Below, one piece after another: positions 36,302 to 45,072 of a stretch of 52,371 nucleotides of DNA; within the stretch, counting starts at the first letter, position 1; each line of letters begins with the position of its first letter. This DNA comes from Actinomycetes bacterium. Lineage in GTDB: Bacteria; Actinomycetota; Acidimicrobiia; Acidimicrobiales; Ilumatobacteraceae. The notes under the pieces are model-generated. The model made no database searches. It worked only from the letters and a program-made list of their open reading frames with translations, and was not told the origin of the DNA. Where the stretch lies: contig JANPGL010000268.1 of the NCBI GenBank assembly GCA_031423915.1, positions 1-52,371 on the forward strand, written 5' to 3'. Both the position numbers and the translations under genes were made by a program.

Positions 36302-37128
36302 GGCGCTCCCAACGCGGCGTACGTCTCGGGCCGCCGATCGCGCCACACCGGCAGCTGCAACCGGGCAGCCCGCAAGGCATCCAGGTCGAGGTCGGCCATC
36401 ACCACCTCCTCGGTGTTGCCGCCCTCGGACAGGATCTCGCCGTCGTAGTCGCAGAAGTAGCTGTGGCCGTAGAAGTCGTTCGGCCCCAGCGCCTCGAGGC
36501 CCACGCGGTTGTTGGTCCCCACGTAGTACCGGTTGGCGATGGCGTGCGCCCGCTGCTCCACGTGCCACGTCCGGTACGAGTGCCCGGACGTGGCCGACGG
36601 GATGAACACGATCTCGGCCCCGGCGAGCCCGAGGGCGCGTGCGCCCTCGGGGAAGCGCCGGTCGTAGCAGATGTACACGCCGATCCGGGCGAACCGCGTC
36701 TGGAACACAGGGAAGCCCAGGTTTCCCGGCTTGAAGTAGAACTTCTCGAAGAAGAACTCGCTCTGCGGGATGTGGGTCTTGCGGTACTTGCCCAGGTAGC
36801 TGCCGTCGGCGTCGATGACCGCGGCGGTGTTGTAGTAGGTGCCCATGTCGTCCTCGAACAGCGGGACCACGAGCACCACACCGAGCTCGGCTGCGAGGTC
36901 CGACATCGCCTTCACCGACGGTCCGTCGGGGATCGGCTCGGCGAGGTCGAACCACTCGGACGTCTCCACCTGGCAGAAGTACGGGCCGCTGGCCAGCTCC
37001 TGCAGACAGATGATCTGGGCACCACCGGCGGCCGCCTGACGCACGAGCGTGGCCTGGTGGTCGAGCATCGCCTCGCGGGGCGAGATGCCGTTGGTCTGGA
37101 TGAGCGCACAACGCACGTTGGCCGTCAT
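36298..37128 (-). CDS. Carbon-nitrogen hydrolase (beta-ureidopropionase / N-carbamoyl-amide amidohydrolase-like)
   Basis: Glu-Lys-Cys triad contexts are ICLQELA, YRKTHIP and VYICYDRRFPE. EKFYFKPGNLGFPVF is also present. Confidence 0.88.
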   Translation of the reverse strand: MTANVRCALIQTNGISPREAMLDHQATLVRQAAAGGAQIICLQELASGPYFCQVETSEWFDLAEPIPDGPSVKAMSDLAAELGVVLVVPLFEDDMGTYYNTAAVIDADGSYLGKYRKTHIPQSEFFFEKFYFKPGNLGFPVFQTRFARIGVYICYDRRFPEGARALGLAGAEIVFIPSATSGHSYRTWHVEQRAHAIANRYYVGTNNRVGLEALGPNDFYGHSYFCDYDGEILSEGGNTEEVVMADLDLDALRAARLQLPVWRDRRPETYAALGAP

Positions 37129-37141
37129 GGTGTCGGCCGCC

Positions 37142-38272
37142 TCACTTCTTGAACAGCACGGCGGGATCGAGGACGTCGGCCTTGAACGAGGCGCCCTTCT
37201 GGTCGGCGTCGGTGATGCCCTCCATGGCCTTCGTGCGGAAGCTCATGTCGACGGCGGCCGGGTCGGCGGCCTTCTTGAGCACCTTGAAGTTCAGCAGGAT
37301 GTCGGCCGTGTTCTTGAACATGGAGTCGGTCAGGTTCAGCACGCCGTTGGTCGAGGGCCACAGCAGCTTGTTGACCTCGTTCATCTGCCACGTCTGGAAG
37401 TTCTCGGGCAGCGCCGTGCCGTTCTTCAGCACCAGGCTCACGCAGTCCTTGGCGTTGTCCCGGCAGTAGATCCAGCCCTTGGCCGTCGCCCGCAGGAACT
37501 TCACGGCCGCCTCCGGGTTGGCGGTCAGCCACTTCTTGGACGTGGCGATCGTGTCCTCGAGGGTGGCCGTGCCCTCCTTGTTGAAGTCGAACACGGAGAT
37601 CTCGCGGCCGTTGGCGCCCGCCAACGCCTGGGCGTACTCGTTGTACGTCATGGCGCTGGCCAGGTCGATCTGACCGTCGAGGAAGGCGACCATGTCGAAG
37701 CCCTGGTTGAAGATCTTCACGTCCTTGTCGGTGTCGAGCGAGTTCTTGCCGGCGGTCGCCGCGAACGCCGGCTGGAAGCCGCCCCACAGTCCGACCGTCT
37801 TGCCCTTGAAGCTGGCGGCGGTGTCGAGGCCCTTGTCCTTGAACGACACGAGCCGGTAGGCGCCCCGCTCGAACGTCTGACCGATCGACACGATGTCCAC
37901 GCCGGTCTCCCGGGCGGTGAGCACGGCGCCGAACTGCTGGATGGCCAGGTCGGTGTCGCCGGTGGCGATCAGCTGGATCGGGTTGATGTCGGGACCACCC
38001 GGCTGGATGGTCACGTCGAGGCCCTCTGCTGCGTAGTAGCCCTTCTCCAACGCCGCGTAGTAGCCGGCGAACTGAGCCTGTGTCACCCACTGCAGGGTGA
38101 GCTTCACCTTGGTCTTGGCGCCGCCGGCGGTGGTGGCCTTGGCTCCGGCCGCGGTGGTGGCGGAACCGGCCGCGGTCGTGCCGCTGGAGCTGCCGGAACT
38201 CGAGCTGCCGCAGGAGGCGAGCAAGAGCCCGAGCACGGGCGCGGCGGTCAGGGACAAGCGCAATCTCTTCAT
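37142..38272 (-). CDS. ABC transporter substrate-binding lipoprotein (NMT1/THI5-like, NitT/TauT family)
   Basis: MKRLRLSLTAAPVLGLLLASCGSS lipobox, a Ser/Thr/Ala linker, then LQWVTQAQFAGYYAALEKGYY. GAGGGAAC SD lies before ATG 38272. Confidence 0.88.
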   Translation of the reverse strand: MKRLRLSLTAAPVLGLLLASCGSSSSGSSSGTTAAGSATTAAGAKATTAGGAKTKVKLTLQWVTQAQFAGYYAALEKGYYAAEGLDVTIQPGGPDINPIQLIATGDTDLAIQQFGAVLTARETGVDIVSIGQTFERGAYRLVSFKDKGLDTAASFKGKTVGLWGGFQPAFAATAGKNSLDTDKDVKIFNQGFDMVAFLDGQIDLASAMTYNEYAQALAGANGREISVFDFNKEGTATLEDTIATSKKWLTANPEAAVKFLRATAKGWIYCRDNAKDCVSLVLKNGTALPENFQTWQMNEVNKLLWPSTNGVLNLTDSMFKNTADILLNFKVLKKAADPAAVDMSFRTKAMEGITDADQKGASFKADVLDPAVLFKK

Positions 38273-38334
38273 CGTTCCCTCGTGGGTTGTGGTGTGGGAT
38301 GGGTGGGGTTCGGGGACTCGTCGGCGCGGCCGGA

Positions 38335-39129
38335 CTAGGGCCGGCGCCAGCGCAGGAGGTAGCGGTCGGCGAGCGACACCGCGCCGAAGCAGGCCAGGCC
38401 GAGCAGGCAGGACATGAGGATCGCCGACCACATCTCGAGGGTGTGCAGGTTGGTGCTCTCCCGCCGGATGTACGAGCCGAGCGTGGTGACCCGGCCGCCG
38501 AAGTACTGGGCGATCACGGCGATGATGATCGACGTCGGCACCGCGGTCTTCATGGCCGCCATGAGGTACGGCACCGAGCGGGGCAGCACCAGCAAGCGGA
38601 AGCGGATGCCGAACCCGGCCGAGATCGAGCGCATGAGCTCGTCCTGCTCGGAGCTGCCCGAGAAGCCGCGCACGGCGTAGGCGAACACGATGGGGGCCAC
38701 ACCGATGGCCACGATGGCGGTCACGGCCTTCGAGGTGATGCCGAAGAAGACGGTGCAGATCGGGTAGAGCGCCACGACCGGGAGCGCCTTGATGGTGGCG
38801 GCGTAGCTCTGGAGCGCCCGCGCCAGCCAGGCCACGCGGTAGGTGACCGCGGCCACGACCAGGGCGCCGAGCGAACCGACGAGCACGCCCTTGAACGCCT
38901 CCATGAAGGTGTTGCGAGCGAACTCGAACAGCTTCGAGAAGTCGTCGAAGAACTGGCCGACGATGGCGTGCGGCGACGGCAGGAGCAGCTGCTTCACGTC
39001 CCCGATCGACACCCAGGCTTCCCAGGCGCCGACGAACAGCCCGAACAGCACGGCGGGCGCCAGGTAACGGGACAGGTCCACCTTGCGTCGGGCGGCCGGC
39101 GGAGCGGCGGCGACGGTGGCGGCGCTCAC
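38335..39129 (-). CDS. ABC transporter permease (NitT/TauT family)
   Basis: 264-aa polytopic ORF. GTGA overlap with the ATPase gene stop. Confidence 0.85.
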   Translation of the reverse strand: MSAATVAAAPPAARRKVDLSRYLAPAVLFGLFVGAWEAWVSIGDVKQLLLPSPHAIVGQFFDDFSKLFEFARNTFMEAFKGVLVGSLGALVVAAVTYRVAWLARALQSYAATIKALPVVALYPICTVFFGITSKAVTAIVAIGVAPIVFAYAVRGFSGSSEQDELMRSISAGFGIRFRLLVLPRSVPYLMAAMKTAVPTSIIIAVIAQYFGGRVTTLGSYIRRESTNLHTLEMWSAILMSCLLGLACFGAVSLADRYLLRWRRP

Positions 39130-39962
39130 ACCGGACCACCCGACACGCTGGTCAGCTCGTGACGGACCCGGCTGACGAGCTCGTAGTACCGGGGATCGTC
39201 GCGCGTCTCGGCGGTGCGCGGCATCGGAAGGTCGATGTCGATCGTGGTCGTGATGCGACCCGGCCGCGGCGACATGACCACGACCTGGGTCGACAGGAAG
39301 ACGGCCTCGGCGATCGAGTGGGTGATGAACAGCACCGTCGGCGACAGCTGACGCCAGATGCTCATGAGCTCGAGGTTCAACCGGTCACGGGTGATCTCGT
39401 CGAGCGCACCGAACGGCTCGTCCATGAACAGCACGGACGGGCGCATCGAGAGCGCGCGGGCGATGGCCACGCGCTGCTGCATGCCACCCGACAGCTGGGC
39501 CGGGTAGCGGCTCTCGAAGCCGGTGAGCCCCACCAGGTCGAGCATGGCCCGGGCGGTGGCCTCGCGCTCGGGTCGGGCGACGCCCATGACCTGCAACGGC
39601 AGCATGGCGTTCTTGAGCACCGACTTCCACGGCAGCAGGTTGGGCGACTGGAAGACCATGCCGAACTCCCGACCGACCCGCGCCTCGTGCGGGTTCTTGC
39701 CGTTGACGCGCGCCGCTCCCGCCGTGGGCGTGAGGAGGTCGGCGAAGATGCGCAGCATCGTCGACTTCCCGCAACCCGACGGGCCGATGATCGAGACGAA
39801 GCCGCCCTGCACCACCGAGAGGTCCACGTCGTCGAGGGCCACGGTCTCCTCGCCGCGCGAGACGAACGTGTGGCAGAGCGCCGTGGCGGCGAGGCCGAGC
39901 GGGCGGCCGAGGGACGACGTCGGGGTGTCGACCGTGGTCGGGGTGGTGTCGACGTCGGGCAC
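39126..39962 (-). CDS. ABC transporter ATP-binding protein (NitT/TauT family)
   Basis: GPSGCGKST Walker [16 protein letters not shown] signature, [11 protein letters not shown] Walker B. GTG 39962 shares one nucleotide with the upstream TAG. Confidence 0.9.
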   Translation of the reverse strand: MPDVDTTPTTVDTPTSSLGRPLGLAATALCHTFVSRGEETVALDDVDLSVVQGGFVSIIGPSGCGKSTMLRIFADLLTPTAGAARVNGKNPHEARVGREFGMVFQSPNLLPWKSVLKNAMLPLQVMGVARPEREATARAMLDLVGLTGFESRYPAQLSGGMQQRVAIARALSMRPSVLFMDEPFGALDEITRDRLNLELMSIWRQLSPTVLFITHSIAEAVFLSTQVVVMSPRPGRITTTIDIDLPMPRTAETRDDPRYYELVSRVRHELTSVSGGPV

Positions 39963-40834
39963 TAGAGCACCTCTCCTTGGGGACGGGACCCGGCCAGCAG
40001 GAAGCCGAGGAGGCGGATGCCGAGCACGAGCGAGCCACCCAGCACGCACGCACCGAGCGCCACGCAGTACAGGGCTCTCGGTTGGATCGTGTAGAACTGC
40101 CACGACGTGAGGATCATCACGCCGAGACCCTCCTTCGAGCCGAACGGCAGCTCGCCGACGATGGTGCCGACCACCGAGAACGCCGCGGCGGTCTCGAGAC
40201 CGACCATGATGAGCGGGAGCGCGTAGGGCAGCTCCACCTGGGTGAGCACGGTCCAGCGCGACGCGGCGTAGCTGTGCAGCAGATCGAGCGAGTCGCGTGG
40301 GACCGCCTGCATGCCGCGGGCCGTGGCCACCGTGACCGGGAAGTACGTGAGGTAGGTGGCGATGGCCACCTTCGTCGTCCACCCCGTGCCGAGCCACAGC
40401 ACCAACGCCGGGGACACCGCGACGATCGGCACCGTCTGGGCCGCCACGATGAGTGGGAGCAACCCGTTGCCGATCAGCTTGCTGCGGGCGATGAGCACCC
40501 CGGACGCGATGCCGAGCAGCGTGCCGCTGGCCAGGCCGAGCAGTGCGCCCCGGGCGGTCACGAGCATGTTCTTCAGCAGCAGCGGCCCGTAGGTCTCCTT
40601 CTTCGAGGTCTTCGAGCCGAGGTAGGAGACGATGTCCCAGAGGTGCGGCATCGTGCGGTCGCCGGTGTTCGTGACGAGCTTGATGCCCTCCCACAGGGCC
40701 ACCGCGATGGCCAGCAGCCCGACGGCCACCACGACCTGTCGGGCGATCCGCACCGCCAGGGAGGGCACGCCGGGGACCGGCGCGCCCGCCGTCACCTCGA
40801 CCACTCCCGGCCCCGCCACGGTCGCCGCCGTCAC
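39962..40834 (-). CDS. ABC transporter permease (NitT/TauT family), second copy
   Basis: GTG 40834 gives VTAATVAG...IARQVVVAVGLLAIAVALWEG... Polytopic. Only the C-terminal 290 aa of the 1207-aa composite ORF is credible. GTGA overlap with the LLM gene stop. Confidence 0.85.
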   Translation of the reverse strand: MTAATVAGPGVVEVTAGAPVPGVPSLAVRIARQVVVAVGLLAIAVALWEGIKLVTNTGDRTMPHLWDIVSYLGSKTSKKETYGPLLLKNMLVTARGALLGLASGTLLGIASGVLIARSKLIGNGLLPLIVAAQTVPIVAVSPALVLWLGTGWTTKVAIATYLTYFPVTVATARGMQAVPRDSLDLLHSYAASRWTVLTQVELPYALPLIMVGLETAAAFSVVGTIVGELPFGSKEGLGVMILTSWQFYTIQPRALYCVALGACVLGGSLVLGIRLLGFLLAGSRPQGEVL

Positions 40835-41892
40835 GCAGTGACCCCCGAAAGGTTGGCGGCCTTGGCCAGGGCCTCGAGCGTGGTGATCGGGTTCGGGCTG
40901 AGCGACGTGATGGCCGGCTCGGTGCAGCCGGCGTCGACCCACTCGCCGATCTTGTCGAGCGCCTGCGTCGACGTGCCGGCCGCACACACGGAGTGCACGA
41001 GCGAGTCGGGCACGAGCCGCATGGTGTGGCGCACCTGCGCCTTCGTCGCCGGCCAGGCCAGCTCGGCCTTGATGGCGTCGATCAACTCGGGATCGGCGCC
41101 GCACGTCTCGGTGATGTGGGGTTGCTGGGCGATGTACTGGGTGAGGAAGGCACGGCAGTCGTCGATGGCGCTCGCCGGATCGTGGTCGTCGGCCGACGCC
41201 GCCACCAGCTGGGGCACCTCGAAGCCGTCGAGCGATCGACCCGAGATGGCTGCGCCCTTGCGGACGGCGTCCATGGCCTCCCGGTTGTACGAGGGCGGCA
41301 CCAGGAAGTCGAGCAGCACGCCGTCGGCGATCTCGCCCGACAGCTGCACCATGCCCATGCGCACCGCACCGATGTAGATCGGCACCGGGTACGAGCGGCC
41401 GTCGTCGTCGTCCGGTCCGTCGAAACGGATGTCCTCCACGTTCACGAACTCGCCGGCGAAGCTCACGAGGTTGCCGCCGAGGAGCTCCTTGCAGACCGTG
41501 ATGACCTCGCGCATGGCCTTCAGCGGCTTGTGGTTCGGCAGACCAGTGCGGGTCGCCAGCGGCTCCCACCACGGGCCGAGACCGAGGCGGATGCGGCCGG
41601 GCGCCAGATCGTCGAGCGTCTTGAAGGTGACGGCCAGCAGCGCGGCGTTGCGGGTGCGGTACGGAAGGATGCCGCTGCCGATCTTGATGCGGCTCGTGCT
41701 GGCGGCGATGAGCGTCATGGGGATGACCGCGCTCTGGGCCAGGCGCCCCTCGCCCACCCACACCCCGGCGAAGCCGTGCTCCTCGGCCCACTGGGCCTGG
41801 GCCACCACCTCGGAGTAGGCCTTGGCGGGCTGACCCGACTCGGTCACCTTGCGCTGGCTGCCCGAGTTGATCATCAGTCCGAAGTTGAACAT
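40831..41892 (-). CDS. LLM-class (luciferase-like) flavin/F420-dependent oxidoreductase
   Basis: MFNFGLMINSG...AQWAEEHGFAGVWVGEGRL...IRLGLGPWW is typical of an LLM TIM barrel. GAGGGAG SD lies before ATG 41892. Confidence 0.85.
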   Translation of the reverse strand: MFNFGLMINSGSQRKVTESGQPAKAYSEVVAQAQWAEEHGFAGVWVGEGRLAQSAVIPMTLIAASTSRIKIGSGILPYRTRNAALLAVTFKTLDDLAPGRIRLGLGPWWEPLATRTGLPNHKPLKAMREVITVCKELLGGNLVSFAGEFVNVEDIRFDGPDDDDGRSYPVPIYIGAVRMGMVQLSGEIADGVLLDFLVPPSYNREAMDAVRKGAAISGRSLDGFEVPQLVAASADDHDPASAIDDCRAFLTQYIAQQPHITETCGADPELIDAIKAELAWPATKAQVRHTMRLVPDSLVHSVCAAGTSTQALDKIGEWVDAGCTEPAITSLSPNPITTLEALAKAANLSGVTA

Positions 41893-41983
41893 CGCTCCCT
41901 CTTCTCTTCGTTGGGAAGGTACGGGTCGGGTGTTTCGCCACCCGCGCCGTTCGGTGACGTCGATGGGAACACCGTCTGCACGA

Positions 41984-41999
41984 TGCGACACCGAACAAA
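41984..41999 (-). promoter_or_regulatory. 16-nt box TGCGACACCGAACAAA (sense TTTGTTCGGTGTCGCA), copy 1, about 92-107 nt upstream of the LLM gene
   Basis: Identical 16-mer recurs at 43535-43550. A companion box CCGTTCGGTGACG lies at 41946-41958. Confidence 0.5.
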
Positions 42000-42009
42000 C
42001 AGCGGGCGG

Positions 42010-43416
42010 TCAATGCAGGTACTGGCAGAGGTCGCGCTTCAGGAAGGAGCCGTCGCCGACGGTGCCGAGGTAGGACTCGCCGTCGACGATGACCTTGCCG
42101 CGCAACAGCACCTTGTCGACACGCCCGGCCACCTCGACGCCCTCGTACACCGAGTAGTCGACGTTCATGTGGTGCGTGGCCGCCGAGATCGTGCGCGATC
42201 GGGTCGGGTCGAAGATCACGAGGTCGGCATCGGATCCGGGCGCGATGGCGCCCTTGCGCGGGTACAGCCCGAACATCTTGGCGGGCGTGGTCGAACAGAT
42301 CTCGACCCACCGGTTGAGCGACGTGCGGCCCTTGGCCACGGCACCGTCGTACATGAGCTCCATGCGGTGCTCCACCCCCGGCACACCGTTGGGGATGTTG
42401 CGGAAGTCGTTGCGTCCCAGCGCCTTCTGCTCCCAGCAGAACGGACAGTGGTCCGTGGCCACCACCTGCAGGTCGTTCGTGCGCAGGCCGCGCCACAGGT
42501 CGTCCTGGTGCGAGCGTGGCCGCAACGGCGGCGAGCACACGTACTTGGAACCGTCGAAGTCGGGCCGTTCGAGGTCGCTCAGGTCGAGGAACAGGTACTG
42601 GGGGCACGTTTCGGCGAACACGTTCCAGCCCTTGTCGCGCGCCAACGCCACCTGCTCGAGCGCAGGCCCCGACGACAGGTGCACGATGTACACGGGCACG
42701 CCGGCCACGTGCGCCAGCGCAGCGGCGCGGTGCACGGCCTCGGCCTCGAGCACCGTCGGGCGCGTGAGCGAGTGGTACACGGGGTCGGTGTTGCCCCGTT
42801 CGACGGCCTGCTGGCGCAGCAGGTCCATGGCGATGCCGTTCTCGGCGTGCATCATGATGAGGCCACCGTTGTGGGCGGACTGCTGCATCATCCGCAGGAT
42901 CTGGGCGTCGTCCGAGTAGAGCGTTCCCGGGTAGGCCATGAACATCTTGAAGCTGGTGACGCCGTCGTCGACCAGGATGTCCATCTCCTTGGGTGACAGC
43001 TCGTCGACGCCGGTCGTCATCACGTGGAAGCCGTAGTCGACCGCGCACTCGCCCGCCGCGTTGCCGTGGTGGCGTTCGACGGCCTCGGTGATGCGCTCGC
43101 CCAGCCGTGGCACCGCGAAGTCGAGGACCGTCGTGGTGCCCCCGAAGGCCGAGGCGACCGTGCCGGTGCGGAACGTGTCGAGCACCGGGGCGATCTGGCC
43201 CTCCGAGCCGAAGTGGGTGTGGGCGTCGATGCCGCCGGGCACCACGAGGCGACCGGTGGCGTCGATGACGACGTCGGCCGACGCGGTGAACTGGCGGGAC
43301 AGCTCGCAGCCCTGGCGCACGACCGCGAGGATCTGCTCGCCCTCGACGAGGACGTCGGCGGCGACCGTGTCGGTGGCGGTCACCACGGTGCCGCCACGCA
43401 CGACGGTTCTGTTCAC
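42010..43416 (-). CDS. Dihydropyrimidinase / D-hydantoinase
   Basis: GGIDAHTHF (HxH), SFKMFMAY (carbamylated Lys), MHAENG, YIVHLSS, ATDHCPF. GTG 43416 is preceded by GAAGGAGGG. Confidence 0.93.
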   Translation of the reverse strand: MNRTVVRGGTVVTATDTVAADVLVEGEQILAVVRQGCELSRQFTASADVVIDATGRLVVPGGIDAHTHFGSEGQIAPVLDTFRTGTVASAFGGTTTVLDFAVPRLGERITEAVERHHGNAAGECAVDYGFHVMTTGVDELSPKEMDILVDDGVTSFKMFMAYPGTLYSDDAQILRMMQQSAHNGGLIMMHAENGIAMDLLRQQAVERGNTDPVYHSLTRPTVLEAEAVHRAAALAHVAGVPVYIVHLSSGPALEQVALARDKGWNVFAETCPQYLFLDLSDLERPDFDGSKYVCSPPLRPRSHQDDLWRGLRTNDLQVVATDHCPFCWEQKALGRNDFRNIPNGVPGVEHRMELMYDGAVAKGRTSLNRWVEICSTTPAKMFGLYPRKGAIAPGSDADLVIFDPTRSRTISAATHHMNVDYSVYEGVEVAGRVDKVLLRGKVIVDGESYLGTVGDGSFLKRDLCQYLH

Positions 43417-43534
43417 GGTCCCTCCTTCGCCGGGCCGTGCGGCCGGACGGAGCGGACCGTACGGAGCCGCCGTGTCCCGTCGATGCCACGGCCGTGAACG
43501 GCCGTCGACGGAGCACCGCCCGTTCTCTGACGCG

Positions 43535-43550
43535 TGCGACACCGAACAAA
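43535..43550 (-). promoter_or_regulatory. 16-nt box TGCGACACCGAACAAA, copy 2, about 119-134 nt upstream of the hydantoinase gene and about 100 nt upstream of the divergent MocR gene
   Basis: Identical to 41984-41999. A companion box CCGTTCTCTGACG lies at 43520-43532. Confidence 0.5.
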
Positions 43551-43647
43551 ACGGCTGCGTGAACAGCATCGCCGGGCCTTGCCAACCGACCGGTGGCCGT
43601 GGCCTACTCTCCGGCGAACGGACGACGGCGAGAGAGGCTCGACACTG

Positions 43648-45021
43648 GTGGACGTGGTGCAGGCGCTGCTCGCAGCCCCGGAGCCGCACACGGCCGAGGG
43701 TCTGACCAACGCGGTCGCCCGCCTGGTGCGCGCCGGCGCGCTGCCGACCGGCACGAAGCTCCCCACGGTGCGCGAGGTGGCTGCTGCGCTGCACATGAGC
43801 CCCACAGCGGTGTCCGGCGCCTGGACCACGCTCAGCCGGCGTGGCGTGCTGCGCACGGAAGGTCGGCGGGGCACCTTCGTCATCGACCAGCAGACCGAGC
43901 CGGCGCCGCCCCGCTTCTGGCGGGCCGGCCTGGACGTGGGCGGCTACGCCCACGACCTCGGCACCGGGGTGCCCGACACCGACCTGCTCCCCGATCTCGG
44001 CGCGGTGCTCGCCCACCTGTCGACCACGGCCACGGTGAGCAACTACCTCGAACCCTCCGTCCTACCCCGCCTGCAACGCGTGTTGGCCGAGCGGTGGGCG
44101 CCGGTGTTCCCCGTCACGGCGGTGGGCATCGTCGACGGTGCGCTCGACGCGCTCGACCGGACGTGTCGCGAGCTCGTCGGTCACGGTGACCGGGTCCTCG
44201 TGGAGGACCCGAGCCTGCCCACCATCTTCGACGTCGTCGAGGACCACGGCGGCGTGCCCGTCGGCGTGCCGCTCGACGCCCAGGGCATGCGGCCCGACGC
44301 GTTCGCCGCCGCGCTGCGCGAGCACCGGCCGCGGCTGGTGATCGTCCAACCGCGGGCCCACAACCCGACGGGCATCAGCATGACGGCCGAGCGCGCCGCC
44401 GAGCTGGCCGCGCTGCTCGACGGCACCGACGCCTTCGTGTTCGAGGACGACCACGGTGCCGACGTGTCGTGGGCGCCGCTCGTGAGCCTGGCCCGGTGGC
44501 GACCGACCCACACCATCGTCGCCCAGAGCTTCTCGAAGTCCCACGGGCCCGACCTCCGGCTGGCCGCCATGGCCGGGCCCGTCCCGGTGCTGCACAAGCT
44601 CTCGGTCCGGCGCAGGCTGGGCCCGAGCTGGTCGAGCCGCCTGCTCCAGGCCGTGCTCCTCCAGCTGCTCGAGGACCCCGGCGCCGTCGCCGCCGTGGCC
44701 CATGCCCGCGTCACCTACCACGAGCGCCGTCAGCGCCTGGTCGACGCGCTCGAGCGCCGCGGCGTGGTCACCACCGGCACCGACGGCATCAACGTGTGGC
44801 TCTGCGTCGCCGACGAGGACGCGGCGCGCCGCCGCCTGGCCAAAGCGGGCATCGGCGTCAGCCTCGGGTCGCCCTTCGAGCTGACGCCGTCCGGGCGTCA
44901 CCACATCCGCATCACGTGCGCCGGCCTCGACGGCGACGTCGACACGCTCGCCGACCACCTGGCGGCGGCCGCGTCCGCAGGCCGCAGCGCCACCCCGACG
45001 TGGCACGACGGCGCGGCGTGA
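43648..45021 (+). CDS. MocR-type regulator (GntR wHTH fused to PLP-dependent aminotransferase-like domain)
   Basis: LPTVREVAAALHMSPTAVSGAWTTLSRRGVLRTEGRRGTFV is followed by a fold-type-I domain (SFSKSHGPDLRLA). GTG 43648 is preferred, but nearby GTG/CTG codons are possible. Confidence 0.88.
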   Translation: MDVVQALLAAPEPHTAEGLTNAVARLVRAGALPTGTKLPTVREVAAALHMSPTAVSGAWTTLSRRGVLRTEGRRGTFVIDQQTEPAPPRFWRAGLDVGGYAHDLGTGVPDTDLLPDLGAVLAHLSTTATVSNYLEPSVLPRLQRVLAERWAPVFPVTAVGIVDGALDALDRTCRELVGHGDRVLVEDPSLPTIFDVVEDHGGVPVGVPLDAQGMRPDAFAAALREHRPRLVIVQPRAHNPTGISMTAERAAELAALLDGTDAFVFEDDHGADVSWAPLVSLARWRPTHTIVAQSFSKSHGPDLRLAAMAGPVPVLHKLSVRRRLGPSWSSRLLQAVLLQLLEDPGAVAAVAHARVTYHERRQRLVDALERRGVVTTGTDGINVWLCVADEDAARRRLAKAGIGVSLGSPFELTPSGRHHIRITCAGLDGDVDTLADHLAAAASAGRSATPTWHDGAA

Positions 45022-45072
45022 CGTGACAGCCTGGTCCGACCACCGCACCGACCACCCGGAGCATCGCTGGCC

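Noticed and set aside
39962-43585. 1207-aa minus-strand ORF spanning the permease, LLM and hydantoinase region.
   Set aside because: Only the last 290 codons (39962-40834) read like a polytopic ABC permease. The upstream part is an out-of-frame overlap of the LLM and hydantoinase genes, with Arg/Pro-rich nonsense.
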